64,000 bases of DNA from Candidatus Bathyarchaeia archaeon (lineage in GTDB: Archaea; Thermoproteota; Bathyarchaeia; 40CM-2-53-6), in the NCBI GenBank assembly GCA_035656295.1, contig DASRSU010000025.1, forward strand, positions 65,543-129,542. The letters run 5' to 3'. Positions 36,196 through 46,976 of the stretch are shown here, in pieces. Position 1 is the stretch's first letter. The number at the start of each line of letters is the position of its first letter. Below the pieces are notes generated by a model that made no database searches, was not told the DNA's origin, and saw nothing but the letters and a program-made list of their open reading frames with translations. The position numbers and the translations under genes were made by a program.

Positions 36196-37813
36196 CCTCT
36201 TCCTTGTCCTTGGACGGACCCGGGCCTTCCTTCGACTTCGCCGATGCGATAACGTCGTCTATTTTCAGGATCATGCCAGCCGCTTCTGATGCCGACTTTA
36301 TCACCTGCATCTTGACGCCGTGGGGCTCTAGTACGCCCTTTTCTTTCATGTCGGCAACTTTGCCTTCAAAGACTTCTACCCCGGCCCATAACTGTCCCTT
36401 CTCATGAGCGGCTCTCAGCTGAACCATGATATCGATAGGATCAAGGCCAGCGTTCTCTGCGAGCGCTAGTGGTACGGATTCAAGCCCGTCTGCGAAAGCT
36501 AGTACCGCCAGCTGTTCTTTCCCCGCCTGTTTCTGAGCAAAGGCGCGCAAGCGTCTGCTGATTTCTGCTTCCGGGGCCCCGCCGCCTCCGACTATTCTGG
36601 GATCACGAACTACGTCTCTAACTACGCACACCGCATCGTGCAATGATCGCTCAGCTTCGTCGACGAGTCTCTCACTTCCCCCCCTGACAAGTATCGTCAC
36701 CGCCTTCGGGTTCTTGCTACCTTCAACGAAGGTCATCTTGTCATCGGCGACCTTCCTTTCTTCAACCAACCGCGCCTTTCCAAGGTCCTTCGGAGTCAGA
36801 TCGTCGGGATTGCTAACTATCCTTGCACCCGTAGCCTTAACGAGCTTCTCCATATCCGACTGTTTTACTCGTCTAACAGCGAGGATCCCTTTTTTCGCTA
36901 GATAGTGTTGAGCAACGTCGTCGATGCCTTTCTCACACAAAACAACATTTGCGCCGGACTTGGCGATTTTCTCCACCATGTCCTTCAACATTTTTTCCTC
37001 TTCATCGAGGAAGGATTTCATCTGCTCAGGATTCTCGATGTTGATCTTGGCGTCAAACTCCGTCTTCTCTATTTCCAACGCCGAATCGATGAGGGCGATT
37101 TTCGCGTCTTCGATTCTCTTCGGCATGCCGGGATGGACTACTTCCTTGTCAAGAACGATGCCCTTGATCAGAGCCGTATCGAGGAGTGACTCTCCAGGCT
37201 TCTTTTCCATCTTGATATCGTCAATGTCGATCTTGTATCCATCCTCAGTCTTCTCTGCTACTTGCAGCACTGCTTCCACGGCCAGGTCGGCCATTGGCTT
37301 GTATTCGGCGAGCAATTTGCTTGCGAGTGATACCTCGGCGATTTTTCGGAGAATTTCCCTATCAGATGGATCGACCTTGATCGCTATCTCGTCCAGGATT
37401 TCCAGGGCTCTCGCGGACGCTGCTCTGTATCCATCTACTATCAAGGTAGGATGTAGGCCTTGATCAATCAACTCTTCGGCCCTCTTCAAGAGTTCACCCG
37501 CGACAACGACAGATGTGGTGGTTCCGTCGCCGACTTCGTCGTCTTGCGTTTTCGCGACTTCCACCATCATCTTCGCGGCCGGGTGCTGGACTTCCATTTC
37601 GTCCAATATTGTAGCTCCGTCGTTAGTGATTGTCACGTCACCGAAACCGTCTACGAGCATCTTGTCCATACCCTTTGGCCCTAGGGAGGATCGCACGGAT
37701 TCAGCGATTATTTTTGCGGCCATGATGTTGGCTTTCTGAGCCTCACGACCTCTTGTTCGCGAAGTTCCTTCTCTCAGAATTATTACGGGCTGCCCGGCTA
37801 GTTCAGCAGACAT
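36167..37813 (-). CDS. ths: Thermosome (group II chaperonin) subunit
   Basis: [30 protein letters not shown]. Confidence 0.98.
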
Positions 37814-38102
37814 TTTTTGTCAACATACCTCTAATGATAAGGCGACGGACCAGATTTGGGCGATATAAAATTTTGTCGTGAAGTTTTCCGTTTCAGATCG
37901 GTGATTCACGCCCGAACTGGGCAACAATTCGCGAGGATGAGAGCATCTCAAACACAGTCGGATATCTGTATCTCGTCAAAGATTTCAGGCAACTTCGCGC
38001 TACCGGACTCGACTTTCGAGCTCTGAATCAGGCTATTTCGAACAAGAAAATCGAATGAGTAATCGATCCTCTGTGGGAACTCTTTTAGCTTGACCAGTCT
38101 GG

Positions 38103-39254
38103 GTGGGGATTCGAGCGTGCTGCCTCGGCCAGTTGAGAGAGCTAATTCGGATCAATCAACCGTTTCTCGGAAAGGAAGAGATCGATTCCGTCGTCGACGT
38201 CTTACGGAGTGGACTTCTCACCGATAAGAGTGGAATGGGGCCCAGAGTGCTGGAGTTTGAGAGGGGCTTCGCAAAATTTGTCGGGTCCAAACACGCAGTG
38301 GCTATGGTAAACGGAACGGCCTCCCTCCATTCGGCCTTGCTCGCGGCGGATGTGGGTCCCGAGGACGAAGTCATACTTCCATCATTCACGTTTATTGGAG
38401 CTGTAAATGCCGTCACCCTGGCCGGGGCAACCCCGGTCTTCGCCGACATTGACAAGGACACCTACTGCCTTCGACCTGACGCTGTAGAAGAGGCACTCTC
38501 CCGCAAAACGAAAGCGATAATCCCCACGGACCTCTATGGGCTACCATGTGACCTCAAAACGATGCTTGAGGTGGCTAGAGGGAAAGGAATCACGGTAATC
38601 GAGGATGCAGCACAAGCACATGGGGCCCAATACGATGGTAAAAGAGTTGGATCCATTTCTGACATGACCTGTTTCAGCTTCTATGCCGGGAAAAGCCTGA
38701 CCACCGGAGAAGGGGGGATGGTAACAACGAATGATGACGAGTTCGCCCAAGCACTGAGGATGATACGCTCGCATGGAGAACAAAGGCCCTACTGGAGTGT
38801 TAGGTTGGGACATAATTATCATCTCACTGAGATGGCCGCGGCCATGGGATCGGCCCAGCTCCGCAAACTTCCAGGTTTCTTAGACCGAAGACGGAAAAAT
38901 GCAGAGCTAGCCGGGGAGAAATTGGGAATGTCAGGAAAACTCATCTTACCAAGAGAGACAGACGAGAGAGAGCATAGTTGGTATGTATACACGGTACGAC
39001 TTCGCGGGGTTAACGCGGCGAAACGGAACAAGATTGTAGACAAGCTTTGGAACAAGAACATCGAGGCAGCAGTCTACTATTCCACTCCTGTTCATTCAAC
39101 TCCCTTGTATCGTGACTCGAAGGTCGCAAGAAGGACCAAGCTTTCCGAAACTGAGAGGGCCTCCCGCCAAGTATTCTCTTTGCCCGTTCATCCCAGGCTG
39201 GGTGATGAAGACATCGACTACATTTCTGAAACGCTAAGGAGAATAATCAGTTGA
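38103..39254 (+). CDS. DegT/DnrJ/EryC1/StrS PLP-dependent aminotransferase
   Basis: NGTASLH, EDAAQAHG, FSFYAGKSLTTGEGGM. Confidence 0.93.
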   Translation: MGIRACCLGQLRELIRINQPFLGKEEIDSVVDVLRSGLLTDKSGMGPRVLEFERGFAKFVGSKHAVAMVNGTASLHSALLAADVGPEDEVILPSFTFIGAVNAVTLAGATPVFADIDKDTYCLRPDAVEEALSRKTKAIIPTDLYGLPCDLKTMLEVARGKGITVIEDAAQAHGAQYDGKRVGSISDMTCFSFYAGKSLTTGEGGMVTTNDDEFAQALRMIRSHGEQRPYWSVRLGHNYHLTEMAAAMGSAQLRKLPGFLDRRRKNAELAGEKLGMSGKLILPRETDEREHSWYVYTVRLRGVNAAKRNKIVDKLWNKNIEAAVYYSTPVHSTPLYRDSKVARRTKLSETERASRQVFSLPVHPRLGDEDIDYISETLRRIIS

Positions 39255-39273
39255 CACGTACTCGGTCCAGCGC

Positions 39274-40590
39274 CTAGATGATTTTGTATCTTTGAAGCAT
39301 ATGCTCGATGCCGGGAGTAGTCAACTCTTTGAGTTCGTAACTGACCCTAGCGACCGGTTTTGCAAACTTGATTATTCGTCGAATGTCTGCTGGTGTCGCA
39401 ATAATTACGGTGTCACATTCAGCCTTCTCAATAGTGGCTTCTAGGTCTCTCACTTGGCGGTTTCCGTAGCCCATGGTCGGGAGGACTTGGGTGAGGTGTG
39501 CGTATTTTCTGAAGGTGTCCTTCACGATTCCGACGGCGTACTTGCGTGGATCGACAATTTCGAGTGCGTTGAAGCGTTTCGCAGCAATGAAACCCACCCC
39601 ATATGCCATGTCTCCGTGAGTCACAGTTGGCCCATCCTCGATCACAAGAACCCTCTTGCCCCTCACCAGATCGGGCTTGTCCACAGTTATTTCGGATGAT
39701 GTTTTGATAATGGTGGCGTCAGGATTCAGCTGTTTGAGGTTTGATTCGACGAGCTCAACATTTTTCGGGTCTGCTGTGTCGACCTTGTTGATGATTGCCA
39801 CGTGGGCTAGTCTTACGTTTACTTCGCTCGGGAAGTGGTTCAATTCGTGGCCAGGTCTGAGAGGGTCAAGGACTGCAAAGTGCACTGTTGACCTGATGAA
39901 AGGGAAGTCGTTATTTCCGCCGTCCCATAGGATGATGTCAGCCTCCTTCTCCGCTGCGGCCAGGATCTTCTCATAGTCTATCCCTGCGAACACGACGAAG
40001 CCCCTCTCTATGTGTGGTTCGTATTCTTCTCTTTCCTCGATCGAGGTGTCGTATTTGTCGAGGTCTTCGAAACTTGCAAACCTTTGGAGGACTTCTTTGG
40101 AAAGGTCTCCGTAAGGCATTGGATGACGAATTATCGCCACTCTTTTCCCATGGTCTCTCAAGATGCCGGAGACACGTCTCGACACGGTGCTCTTCCCTGC
40201 GCCCGTCCTTACTGCTCCAACAGAGACTACTGGGAGTCTAGACTTTAGCATCGTACTGTTGGGCCCGAGTAGTCCGAAGTCTGCCCCGGCGGCCATGGCA
40301 ACCGATGCTTTGTGCATCAGGTCAAGGTATGACAGGTCACTGTATGCTAGGACAACGAGGTCTGCCTTCATTCTTCGAATCAGATCGGCCATTTCGTCCT
40401 CAGAGAATATCGGTATCCCCCTGGGATACCGATTTCCTGCAAGTTCCGGTGGATAGTTCCTACCTTCGATGCCTGGTATCTGAGCGGCCGTGAAGGCCAC
40501 CACCTCATACTCTGACGAATTCTTGAAGGCCATGTTGAAGTTATGAAAGTCTCGCCCGGCGGCTCCGAGAATTATTACTCGCTTGGCCAA
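39274..40590 (-). CDS. cDPGS-like/ArcE (arginine synthetase)-family P-loop protein
   Basis: ILGAAGRDFHNFN, RTGAGKSTVSR, RHPMPYGDL, WDGGNNDFPF, EDGPTVTHG. Family is clear; exact function is inference. Confidence 0.75.
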   Translation of the reverse strand: MAKRVIILGAAGRDFHNFNMAFKNSSEYEVVAFTAAQIPGIEGRNYPPELAGNRYPRGIPIFSEDEMADLIRRMKADLVVLAYSDLSYLDLMHKASVAMAAGADFGLLGPNSTMLKSRLPVVSVGAVRTGAGKSTVSRRVSGILRDHGKRVAIIRHPMPYGDLSKEVLQRFASFEDLDKYDTSIEEREEYEPHIERGFVVFAGIDYEKILAAAEKEADIILWDGGNNDFPFIRSTVHFAVLDPLRPGHELNHFPSEVNVRLAHVAIINKVDTADPKNVELVESNLKQLNPDATIIKTSSEITVDKPDLVRGKRVLVIEDGPTVTHGDMAYGVGFIAAKRFNALEIVDPRKYAVGIVKDTFRKYAHLTQVLPTMGYGNRQVRDLEATIEKAECDTVIIATPADIRRIIKFAKPVARVSYELKELTTPGIEHMLQRYKII

Positions 40591-40655
40591 TGTTGATCCC
40601 GAAGATCGTTCGCGCAGCCCTGAGCCAGCTATATATCTTGGGCCAATTGTGAACC

Positions 40656-41048
40656 GTGACGTTGTCGAGCAAATTAGAGCCGGAAGTTTCGAGGCCCAAG
40701 GTGGTCTTCGCTATAGACCGGGTCGGGGTTGCTGGTGGTGAGTTTCACCGGTTCGCCTCTCCTAGGACAGCTGACGCGATCTTGAAACGGTTGCCGGTTC
40801 AGGGCCGAGCCGTCGTTTATGGTGAAGAAGTCTATTTCCAAGTGCCTGTGAAGGCTCCTGCTGAGAACCCGCGGAGCACCGTCGATGTTGGCTCGATTTG
40901 TTATTGGCCTGCGAGCGACGCTGTGTGCGTGTTCTTCGGGCCGACGAGGCCATACAGCCCAGTAAACATTCTCGGGAGAATTACGAGCGAACTAGAGCTG
41001 TTTCGAGCTGTGAAGCCGGGAACGGTGATTACTATTCGGAAAGTCTAG
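40656..41048 (+). CDS. Cyclophilin-like fold protein (DUF3830/TM1367-like)
   Basis: YGEEVYFQVP...GSICYWPASDAVCVFFG..PYSPVNILG. Confidence 0.8.
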   Translation: MTLSSKLEPEVSRPKVVFAIDRVGVAGGEFHRFASPRTADAILKRLPVQGRAVVYGEEVYFQVPVKAPAENPRSTVDVGSICYWPASDAVCVFFGPTRPYSPVNILGRITSELELFRAVKPGTVITIRKV

Positions 41049-41404
41049 GCGGCTGCAGGCTGGTAGATTCGGATTCGGGCGTTTCCGCCGACAAAGGTTA
41101 CTAGCTTTCGTCTTTCTAGTTCTTCTAGAAGGTCCTTCGCTACGCTAAGCCGCAGGTTAAACTGTGACGCAAGAGTGTACGGGGTGATGGCACCCATTTT
41201 CTGTATTTCGCCTAGTAGCTTGGGGTCGCTGATGTCTGGTGCCTGAAGTCCTCTCGGCCTTTTCTCAGCAATAGGTTTACCCTTTCCTCCCTTCTTTGCT
41301 CCCCCAGCAGGTTCGTCTTTCTTGTCTGACTGGTCCTGGGTCTTCTCCATCTGAGCCATACTCTTCTTCTTTGCGCCGCCCATCCGACATTCAACCTTCG
41401 TCAC
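41045..41404 (-). CDS. rps25e: 30S ribosomal protein S25e
   Basis: MGGAKKKS...ITPYTLASQFNLRLSVAKDLLEELERR; true start is probably the MGG Met. Confidence 0.92.
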   Translation of the reverse strand: MTKVECRMGGAKKKSMAQMEKTQDQSDKKDEPAGGAKKGGKGKPIAEKRPRGLQAPDISDPKLLGEIQKMGAITPYTLASQFNLRLSVAKDLLEELERRKLVTFVGGNARIRIYQPAAA

Positions 41405-41495
41405 CTCCGAAGACTGGATAAATACGTTTTCGAGTCGAGGCCGAAACGCTTATTCCCCTTGAAGATGTATGGCTCCTCCTTCCTGGGTTGATTGA

Positions 41496-41648
41496 TTGAA
41501 GCTAGTGACCGTCAAATTACCTGAGAAATTGATCACGGACGTTGACCAGCTCGTGAAGGTCGGGATCTACCACAGTCGGAGTGACGCGATCAGGGCTGCC
41601 GTGAGGGACCTTCTCAGGCGAGAGCTGTGGCAGAGAGGCCAGGATTAG
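41496..41648 (+). CDS. Ribbon-helix-helix (CopG/Arc/MetJ) protein, 50 aa, absent from the ORF track
   Basis: Manual translation from TTG: MKLVTVKLPEKLITDVDQLVKVGIYHSRSDAIRAAVRDLLRRELW. Confidence 0.88.
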   Translation: MKLVTVKLPEKLITDVDQLVKVGIYHSRSDAIRAAVRDLLRRELWQRGQD

Positions 41649-42427
41649 CTAGTCGCAGCTAACGAGTCTCTCGCGTAGTTCTGGGCAGCTTTCTCAGGAT
41701 CACGATCCTGCGTTATTGACCGGCCGACTATGAAAAAGTCGCTTCCCGCCCTTGATGATTGGTGGATTCGGCCACCTTGCGCTCCTATGCCAGGAGAGTA
41801 TATGTCCACTTTTTCTCCGATCGTTTTCCGGACTTTTGCCACTACGTCGGGTCGAGTTGCGCCCACAACCGCCCCGTCGGCATGCCACTTTCGAGCTTGC
41901 TCGGCAAATATCTCATAAAACGGCCGCTGCCGTCTAGGACCGTTCACTACTAGCCTGCCATAACCCTCAACAGCCCCCGGATGGCTCATATACACCAGTA
42001 CAATCACGCCCTTTCCACTTTCCGCGGCCAACTTGAACACGGAGTCCAGCCCACCCTTCCATCCCACGAAGGGATTGACGATTATTCCATCGAATCCAAG
42101 GCCGAAGTAAGCTTGTGAGATTGCACGATTTGTATCGTCAATGTCATTCAGTTTGTCGTCTATTATGCAGCTGAGATCGTTGTCATGGGCTTCGGCCACC
42201 AGTGTCCTTGTTCTGTCGGTTCCAAGGTTCAGAACTGTTTGACGTCCGAATCTTATCCCGCAAATGTAGGGACCAGTTTTTTCTATTAGTGTTTTACCCT
42301 GTCTTAGCAGACTCGCTTTCGTTGCTCCTTCGAGGTTGAGAGCTAGAACAATTCGGCTGAAGTTAGCTTTCGAGGCTTTTAGAATCGTTTCTTGGAACGG
42401 TGTTCTTGGATGGCTGTTCTTGCTCAA
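41645..42427 (-). CDS. pyrF: Orotidine 5'-phosphate decarboxylase
   Basis: DDKLND (DxKxxD), VYMSHPG, VVGATRP, SPGIGAQGG, IVGRSI. Confidence 0.92.
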   Translation of the reverse strand: MSKNSHPRTPFQETILKASKANFSRIVLALNLEGATKASLLRQGKTLIEKTGPYICGIRFGRQTVLNLGTDRTRTLVAEAHDNDLSCIIDDKLNDIDDTNRAISQAYFGLGFDGIIVNPFVGWKGGLDSVFKLAAESGKGVIVLVYMSHPGAVEGYGRLVVNGPRRQRPFYEIFAEQARKWHADGAVVGATRPDVVAKVRKTIGEKVDIYSPGIGAQGGRIHQSSRAGSDFFIVGRSITQDRDPEKAAQNYARDSLAATS

Positions 42428-43488
42428 CGAGCCCGAGTACCTTTCGTCAGAGCGACCATTCGTTGTTTAAGCGTTTCTTCGGAAAAAATTTTTGGGGGTG
42501 CTTTGAATCCGAAGGCGGAGGATACGTCGGCGAGTTCTGCGTCTCCATTGTCCATTCCTAACTTGACGAGGCGGATAACTTCCGTCAATGTGCCTGCACA
42601 CGCGGGACCATCTTCCAGTAATATCCTCATGTCCAAGGTGAAGCCAGTCGCCCCGAAATATTCTGCATCGATCGAGAAGTAGCTTGTACGCCTGTTTTCC
42701 ATAAAGTCAACAAAGTCGGAAGAACCTGCTACGAGAGGAAACTTGTAGGGGACGACAGCCGCTACTGCAGCCGTTTTGATGTTTCGCTTTATTTCGTACC
42801 GTTTCTTGTCTAACGCCATTTGCGATTCTGTACCACCGCCAATGTCCAACTGGTAACTTTGACTCACCCGCACCCCACGATCAACGAGGAAAGCGAGCAG
42901 GTTCCGGTGTAGGACCGTTGAGCCAATCTGGTCCATCACGTCATCGCCCACGAGCGGGACGTTTTTCGACTTGTACTTTGACCTCCATTTAGCATGAGAA
43001 GCGATACGGGAAGGAGTCGCGTTTATCATAGCGCAGTTCGCCTTCAATGATTCTTCCGCAAACATCTGGCTTACTCTGCTGGCCCCTGTAGGGGTCAGGT
43101 TTACGAGAATTTCCGCGTCCGACTCGTCAAGAACTTGGCTAACCCTCGCTGGTTTCGAATTATCTACAATAATCTTTTGTCCTGCAACAGGCGATACGCC
43201 GTCCAGCGGTTGCGACATTTCCACTTTGACTTCGGTCTTGGGCGGTTGAATGATTTTCCGCGCATTGTTCGGCTCGGCGAATATTGCATCTGAAAGATCG
43301 CGGCCTACCTTGCGTGAATCAATATCAAAAGCCGCAACGAATTTCATGTCATAGACATTGTAGGGTCCAATCTTGACGTGTAGGAGACCGTTTCGCACTT
43401 TCTGCCGTCGGTAGAACTCTACTCCCTGAACGAGGCTGGACGCACAGTTTCCGACCCCGGCTATTGCTACTTTGATTGGTTTGCCCAT
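42424..43488 (-). CDS. ino1: myo-Inositol-1-phosphate synthase
   Basis: GVGNCASSLVQG, VAAFDID..KVG.DL, GDDVMDQIGST, DGPACAG. Confidence 0.92.
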   Translation of the reverse strand: MGKPIKVAIAGVGNCASSLVQGVEFYRRQKVRNGLLHVKIGPYNVYDMKFVAAFDIDSRKVGRDLSDAIFAEPNNARKIIQPPKTEVKVEMSQPLDGVSPVAGQKIIVDNSKPARVSQVLDESDAEILVNLTPTGASRVSQMFAEESLKANCAMINATPSRIASHAKWRSKYKSKNVPLVGDDVMDQIGSTVLHRNLLAFLVDRGVRVSQSYQLDIGGGTESQMALDKKRYEIKRNIKTAAVAAVVPYKFPLVAGSSDFVDFMENRRTSYFSIDAEYFGATGFTLDMRILLEDGPACAGTLTEVIRLVKLGMDNGDAELADVSSAFGFKAPPKIFSEETLKQRMVALTKGTRAR

Positions 43489-43563
43489 CTACCCGCTCCG
43501 AGAGTGATTGAAAGCTATCACTGAAAAGCCTTTTTTCGCTAGTGATAAGGGCCCAAGTAAGCT

Positions 43564-44313
43564 CTAGCGGAATAAATCGAATTCTTCCGGTCTGAGAAGA
43601 TTCGAGCCGTTCCCTTTGCCTCTGGGTGCTTTGTATCCACGAATAATTGCAACGGGAATCCTGTCAGCTTTGTTCATCACGAGTTCAGCTGCCCCGGCCA
43701 GCTCATCCGCAACGGCTATCTCTGTTACGTTGAGGGTGTGTCTGTACATGTCTCTCGTTCCACGATAGTCGCGGATGGGCTTCATTCCAGATACTCCGAT
43801 TGCGAAGTTTACTTGACCTACTCGCCAAGCGCGCCCAAAGGTGTCCGTTATTATCACGGGAATAGTTTTTCCGGTCAAGTGATGGATCGTCTTTCTTATC
43901 CGGTCAGCAGACGCATCCGAGTCCTTGGGAAGCAGCGTTAACGTGTCTCGCTTCTTGCTCGTATTGGACTGGTCCACTCCGGCGTTGGCGCAGATAAAGC
44001 CGTGTTTCGTTTCGGTTATGAGATGTCCGGCCCGCATTCTGATTATCTTCCTAGTCTCTCTGAGAATGACTTCGACGAGTCTTGGATCTTTACCCGTTTC
44101 CTTTGAAATCTGTGCGGCGAACCTTGAAGGCGCGATCTTGGAGAGTGAAAGTGTTCGGCCCTCTGCCTTGGAAACCACTTTCTGAGAGATAACCAAAACA
44201 TCTCCTCCCTGAAACTCCTTTCCCTGAGCGTTTAGTTTTTCGACAATCGTCTTTCCCAAGTCATCCCCCGTCTGGATGTCGGGGATTCCCTTGACCGGCA
44301 GGATCGTGATCAG
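43564..44313 (-). CDS. cofE: Coenzyme F420-0:L-glutamate ligase
   Basis: SQKVVSKAEG, HGFICANAGVDQSN, DTFGRAWR, DELAGAAELVM. The frame extends upstream to LITILPVKGIPDIQTGDDLG; start placed at the CTG at 44313. Confidence 0.93.
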   Translation of the reverse strand: MITILPVKGIPDIQTGDDLGKTIVEKLNAQGKEFQGGDVLVISQKVVSKAEGRTLSLSKIAPSRFAAQISKETGKDPRLVEVILRETRKIIRMRAGHLITETKHGFICANAGVDQSNTSKKRDTLTLLPKDSDASADRIRKTIHHLTGKTIPVIITDTFGRAWRVGQVNFAIGVSGMKPIRDYRGTRDMYRHTLNVTEIAVADELAGAAELVMNKADRIPVAIIRGYKAPRGKGNGSNLLRPEEFDLFR

Positions 44314-44331
44314 CGCCGTTCACTGCCTTGG

Positions 44332-46914
44332 TCAGTAGAATGATTCAAGTTTCGTTGCTCCTGTGAGTTCTTCGTAGTCGAGTCCTAGAGCGTCTATGAC
44401 TTGTTCGAACGTGGAGCGGACGTATTCCGTATATTTCTCAACATCTATCTCGTGCAAGTTGGCTAACTGTACCGGCTTGACTCCGCTACTTCCTGTTACT
44501 TTCACGAAGCTGACGAGATCTCCCGCTTTGATCTCGTTGCCTTTGTTTGTTAGTTGTTGGGCTGCCTTGATATGCTGCGGGGTTGTTTTTGTGTAGCTAC
44601 TGACCGGTTTGCCGATCATCATGTTGAAGGCAAGGTCCTGCAGAGAGTATTTCTTGTTGCGTAGTTTGGTGTAGGCGTCGTATACCAGCTCTTTGATCTC
44701 CGTCCGGGCATGATCGAAGTCTTGAGGCGTCTGAACCTGGCCCAGTATGTTGATGAGCTGGTTGAAGGTTTGTTTGATGAATTCTGGAGTGTGTCTCTTT
44801 TTGCCTGTCAGTCCTTTGATGTCTACCCGATTGTCTGAGTGTACGCCTAGATAGTTTTTCTTCCGTAAGCTAAGGGCTACGTATCGGTAGTTCTTGTCGA
44901 CCTCTAATTCCATTCCAAGCTCTGTTTTGGACCATCGTATCAGTTCGTCGAGCTTTGACCTATCTGGCGTTCCTAGAAACAGGGAGTCAGTGTCTCCGTA
45001 GAATACCTCTATTCCAAGTCGTTTTGCTTCTTGGATCGTGCTAGTAATGTCGAATCTTCCGACCGCTGCTGTTGATTCGGCTAGAGGCGGGCAGTAGAGA
45101 CTGAATCTGTCGCTGCCGAATACTCCATAGCTAGCGTTGAGAACAACTTTGAGCGCGTTCTGGACAACCTGGTACCAGCTGAGAATTGAAGGATCGAGCG
45201 CATTTTCTTTGGATCGCGGCTTGTACCATCTTATTCTCGCATCTCTGAGAGAGCCAACGACCTGGCTTTCCATAGCCTTATTCTTTCGACAGACCCAGTG
45301 ATCCGTGCCCGGTATCTTGTTGGTCCTATCATCGAGATGGTTGCAGAGAATGGTTTCGTAGCCAAGATTCCACGTCTTGATAATCGACGGATATAGCGAG
45401 GCGAAGTCCAGAACTGCGACTTGGAAGTGTACCCCGGGCACAGGGTCGACTACCATTCCGCCCTTGTACTTCTTGCCCTTGATAACCGCCTTTGTGCTCG
45501 TCGAGCCTTTCGATTCTATGATCTCTTCAGATCTTGGAATAATGTATCCTCGTAGCCGATGTTCTCGGAACAGCATGCTCCTTATCCATCCCGAGACTCC
45601 TTGCCGAGACATGTCCTCCATAGGAAGGAAGCTGATTCGCGAGAGGGCAGTGATGAGTTTCATTACCACTTCGCCGTCGAACCGTGTTAGGTTCAGAACG
45701 AGCTCAGCGTCTTGGAAACAATAATCGGCTAGTTCAGAATATGGGAGGCGGGCGACCGGTTCCGAGATCTCAAGCTTTCCCTCATCGAGGAGGGCTTCGG
45801 AAATCGCGCCCAATGTGACTTCTCGATATTTGCCGCTGAAAGCATAAACCTGAATTGATCTGTTGAAGAAAAACTTGTAGAGGTCGAGATGGATACCGTA
45901 CTTTAGCCCGGCAGATTCCCGACCCAGTTCTATCGGAATCTGGTCCCGTGAGAACCCCTTGTGATTAAGAGCTCTGTGGAAAAGATATCGAAGGTCGAAA
46001 TCGTCTCCGTTGAAGGTTAGGACGAAGGGATACTCATTCAGTTCCTTGAAAATAGCGGCTAAGAGTTCCTCTTCAGTATCATAAAACTCCAAGAGTATAC
46101 CATATGAGGACTCGGGCAGTTCGGTGCCGTGCCCAGGCTGTCTGAGCAGCAAAGCTTTCCTTAGGCCGTCGTTGGAACAGAAGCTAGCGCACAGCACTTT
46201 GTACTCTGCCTCTGCTGGGTCCGGAACCCGAGTCTCGATGGGCGAATGAACCTCTATGTCGAACGCGACTCTCCGATAGTTAGGGACTTGGAACTCTAGC
46301 AGTCTGAGCCATCGCTCGAGCAGTTTCTGATATTCCGAGTCATTCTCTTCGAAGATGCTTGGAATATCGATCGAGATGGGGACGGCTTGCCCTGGAACGA
46401 GGGCCCCTCGGCTTATCAGATAGGACATTCCTGGTTCGAGTCGACGATCGTAGATGTAGTTCTCTGTGTAGCGGATATCGGCCTCCCAGGCCCTTGTTTT
46501 TTCCCGGATTGAGCCTGTTGGACCGCCTATAGATAATGGGTCGCGGGCGTAGATCATTGTGACTGGGATTTCCTCGCCCTTGAGTGCGTCGAAACGTTTT
46601 GTTTGCTCGAATCTGAGAAACCCAGGGTGTCTCACTATGGCTTCGTTCTTTCTTAGTGCATCGGGAGGTTCTTTCGAGAGGCAGTAGGGGGTGTGGTCAG
46701 TATTGTCGTACCAGAAGTGTATCTTCTGGGTTTTTGGTTCGTAGAGCTTGAGGTAGACGGCACGTCTCTCACCGTCATAGCCATCTCCAACAAAATATGA
46801 TTCGGTAAGGTTCAGAGGAATGCTCGGTCGAAAATGCAGTAGTGCCTTCGGGTCCTGCCTCGGACGGAGTGGAGCGGGCTCAGGTTTTGCCATGTATAGG
46901 TCGAGGCTGGACAT
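44332..46914 (-). CDS. polB1: Family B DNA polymerase, PolB1 type
   Basis: Exonuclease FDIEV, TFNGDDFD; polymerase DFASLYPS, KVVLNASYG, YGDTDS, KKNY. Confidence 0.96.
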   Translation of the reverse strand: MSSLDLYMAKPEPAPLRPRQDPKALLHFRPSIPLNLTESYFVGDGYDGERRAVYLKLYEPKTQKIHFWYDNTDHTPYCLSKEPPDALRKNEAIVRHPGFLRFEQTKRFDALKGEEIPVTMIYARDPLSIGGPTGSIREKTRAWEADIRYTENYIYDRRLEPGMSYLISRGALVPGQAVPISIDIPSIFEENDSEYQKLLERWLRLLEFQVPNYRRVAFDIEVHSPIETRVPDPAEAEYKVLCASFCSNDGLRKALLLRQPGHGTELPESSYGILLEFYDTEEELLAAIFKELNEYPFVLTFNGDDFDLRYLFHRALNHKGFSRDQIPIELGRESAGLKYGIHLDLYKFFFNRSIQVYAFSGKYREVTLGAISEALLDEGKLEISEPVARLPYSELADYCFQDAELVLNLTRFDGEVVMKLITALSRISFLPMEDMSRQGVSGWIRSMLFREHRLRGYIIPRSEEIIESKGSTSTKAVIKGKKYKGGMVVDPVPGVHFQVAVLDFASLYPSIIKTWNLGYETILCNHLDDRTNKIPGTDHWVCRKNKAMESQVVGSLRDARIRWYKPRSKENALDPSILSWYQVVQNALKVVLNASYGVFGSDRFSLYCPPLAESTAAVGRFDITSTIQEAKRLGIEVFYGDTDSLFLGTPDRSKLDELIRWSKTELGMELEVDKNYRYVALSLRKKNYLGVHSDNRVDIKGLTGKKRHTPEFIKQTFNQLINILGQVQTPQDFDHARTEIKELVYDAYTKLRNKKYSLQDLAFNMMIGKPVSSYTKTTPQHIKAAQQLTNKGNEIKAGDLVSFVKVTGSSGVKPVQLANLHEIDVEKYTEYVRSTFEQVIDALGLDYEELTGATKLESFY

Positions 46915-46976
46915 CTCGAGGATTTGACTGGGCCAAACGTTTCGTTAAAAGGTTCTCCGGACTGTAATACAATGAC

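Noticed and set aside
37882-38058. Startless open frame upstream of the DegT-family gene
   Set aside because: No ATG, GTG or TTG start and no recognisable motif; cannot be supported.
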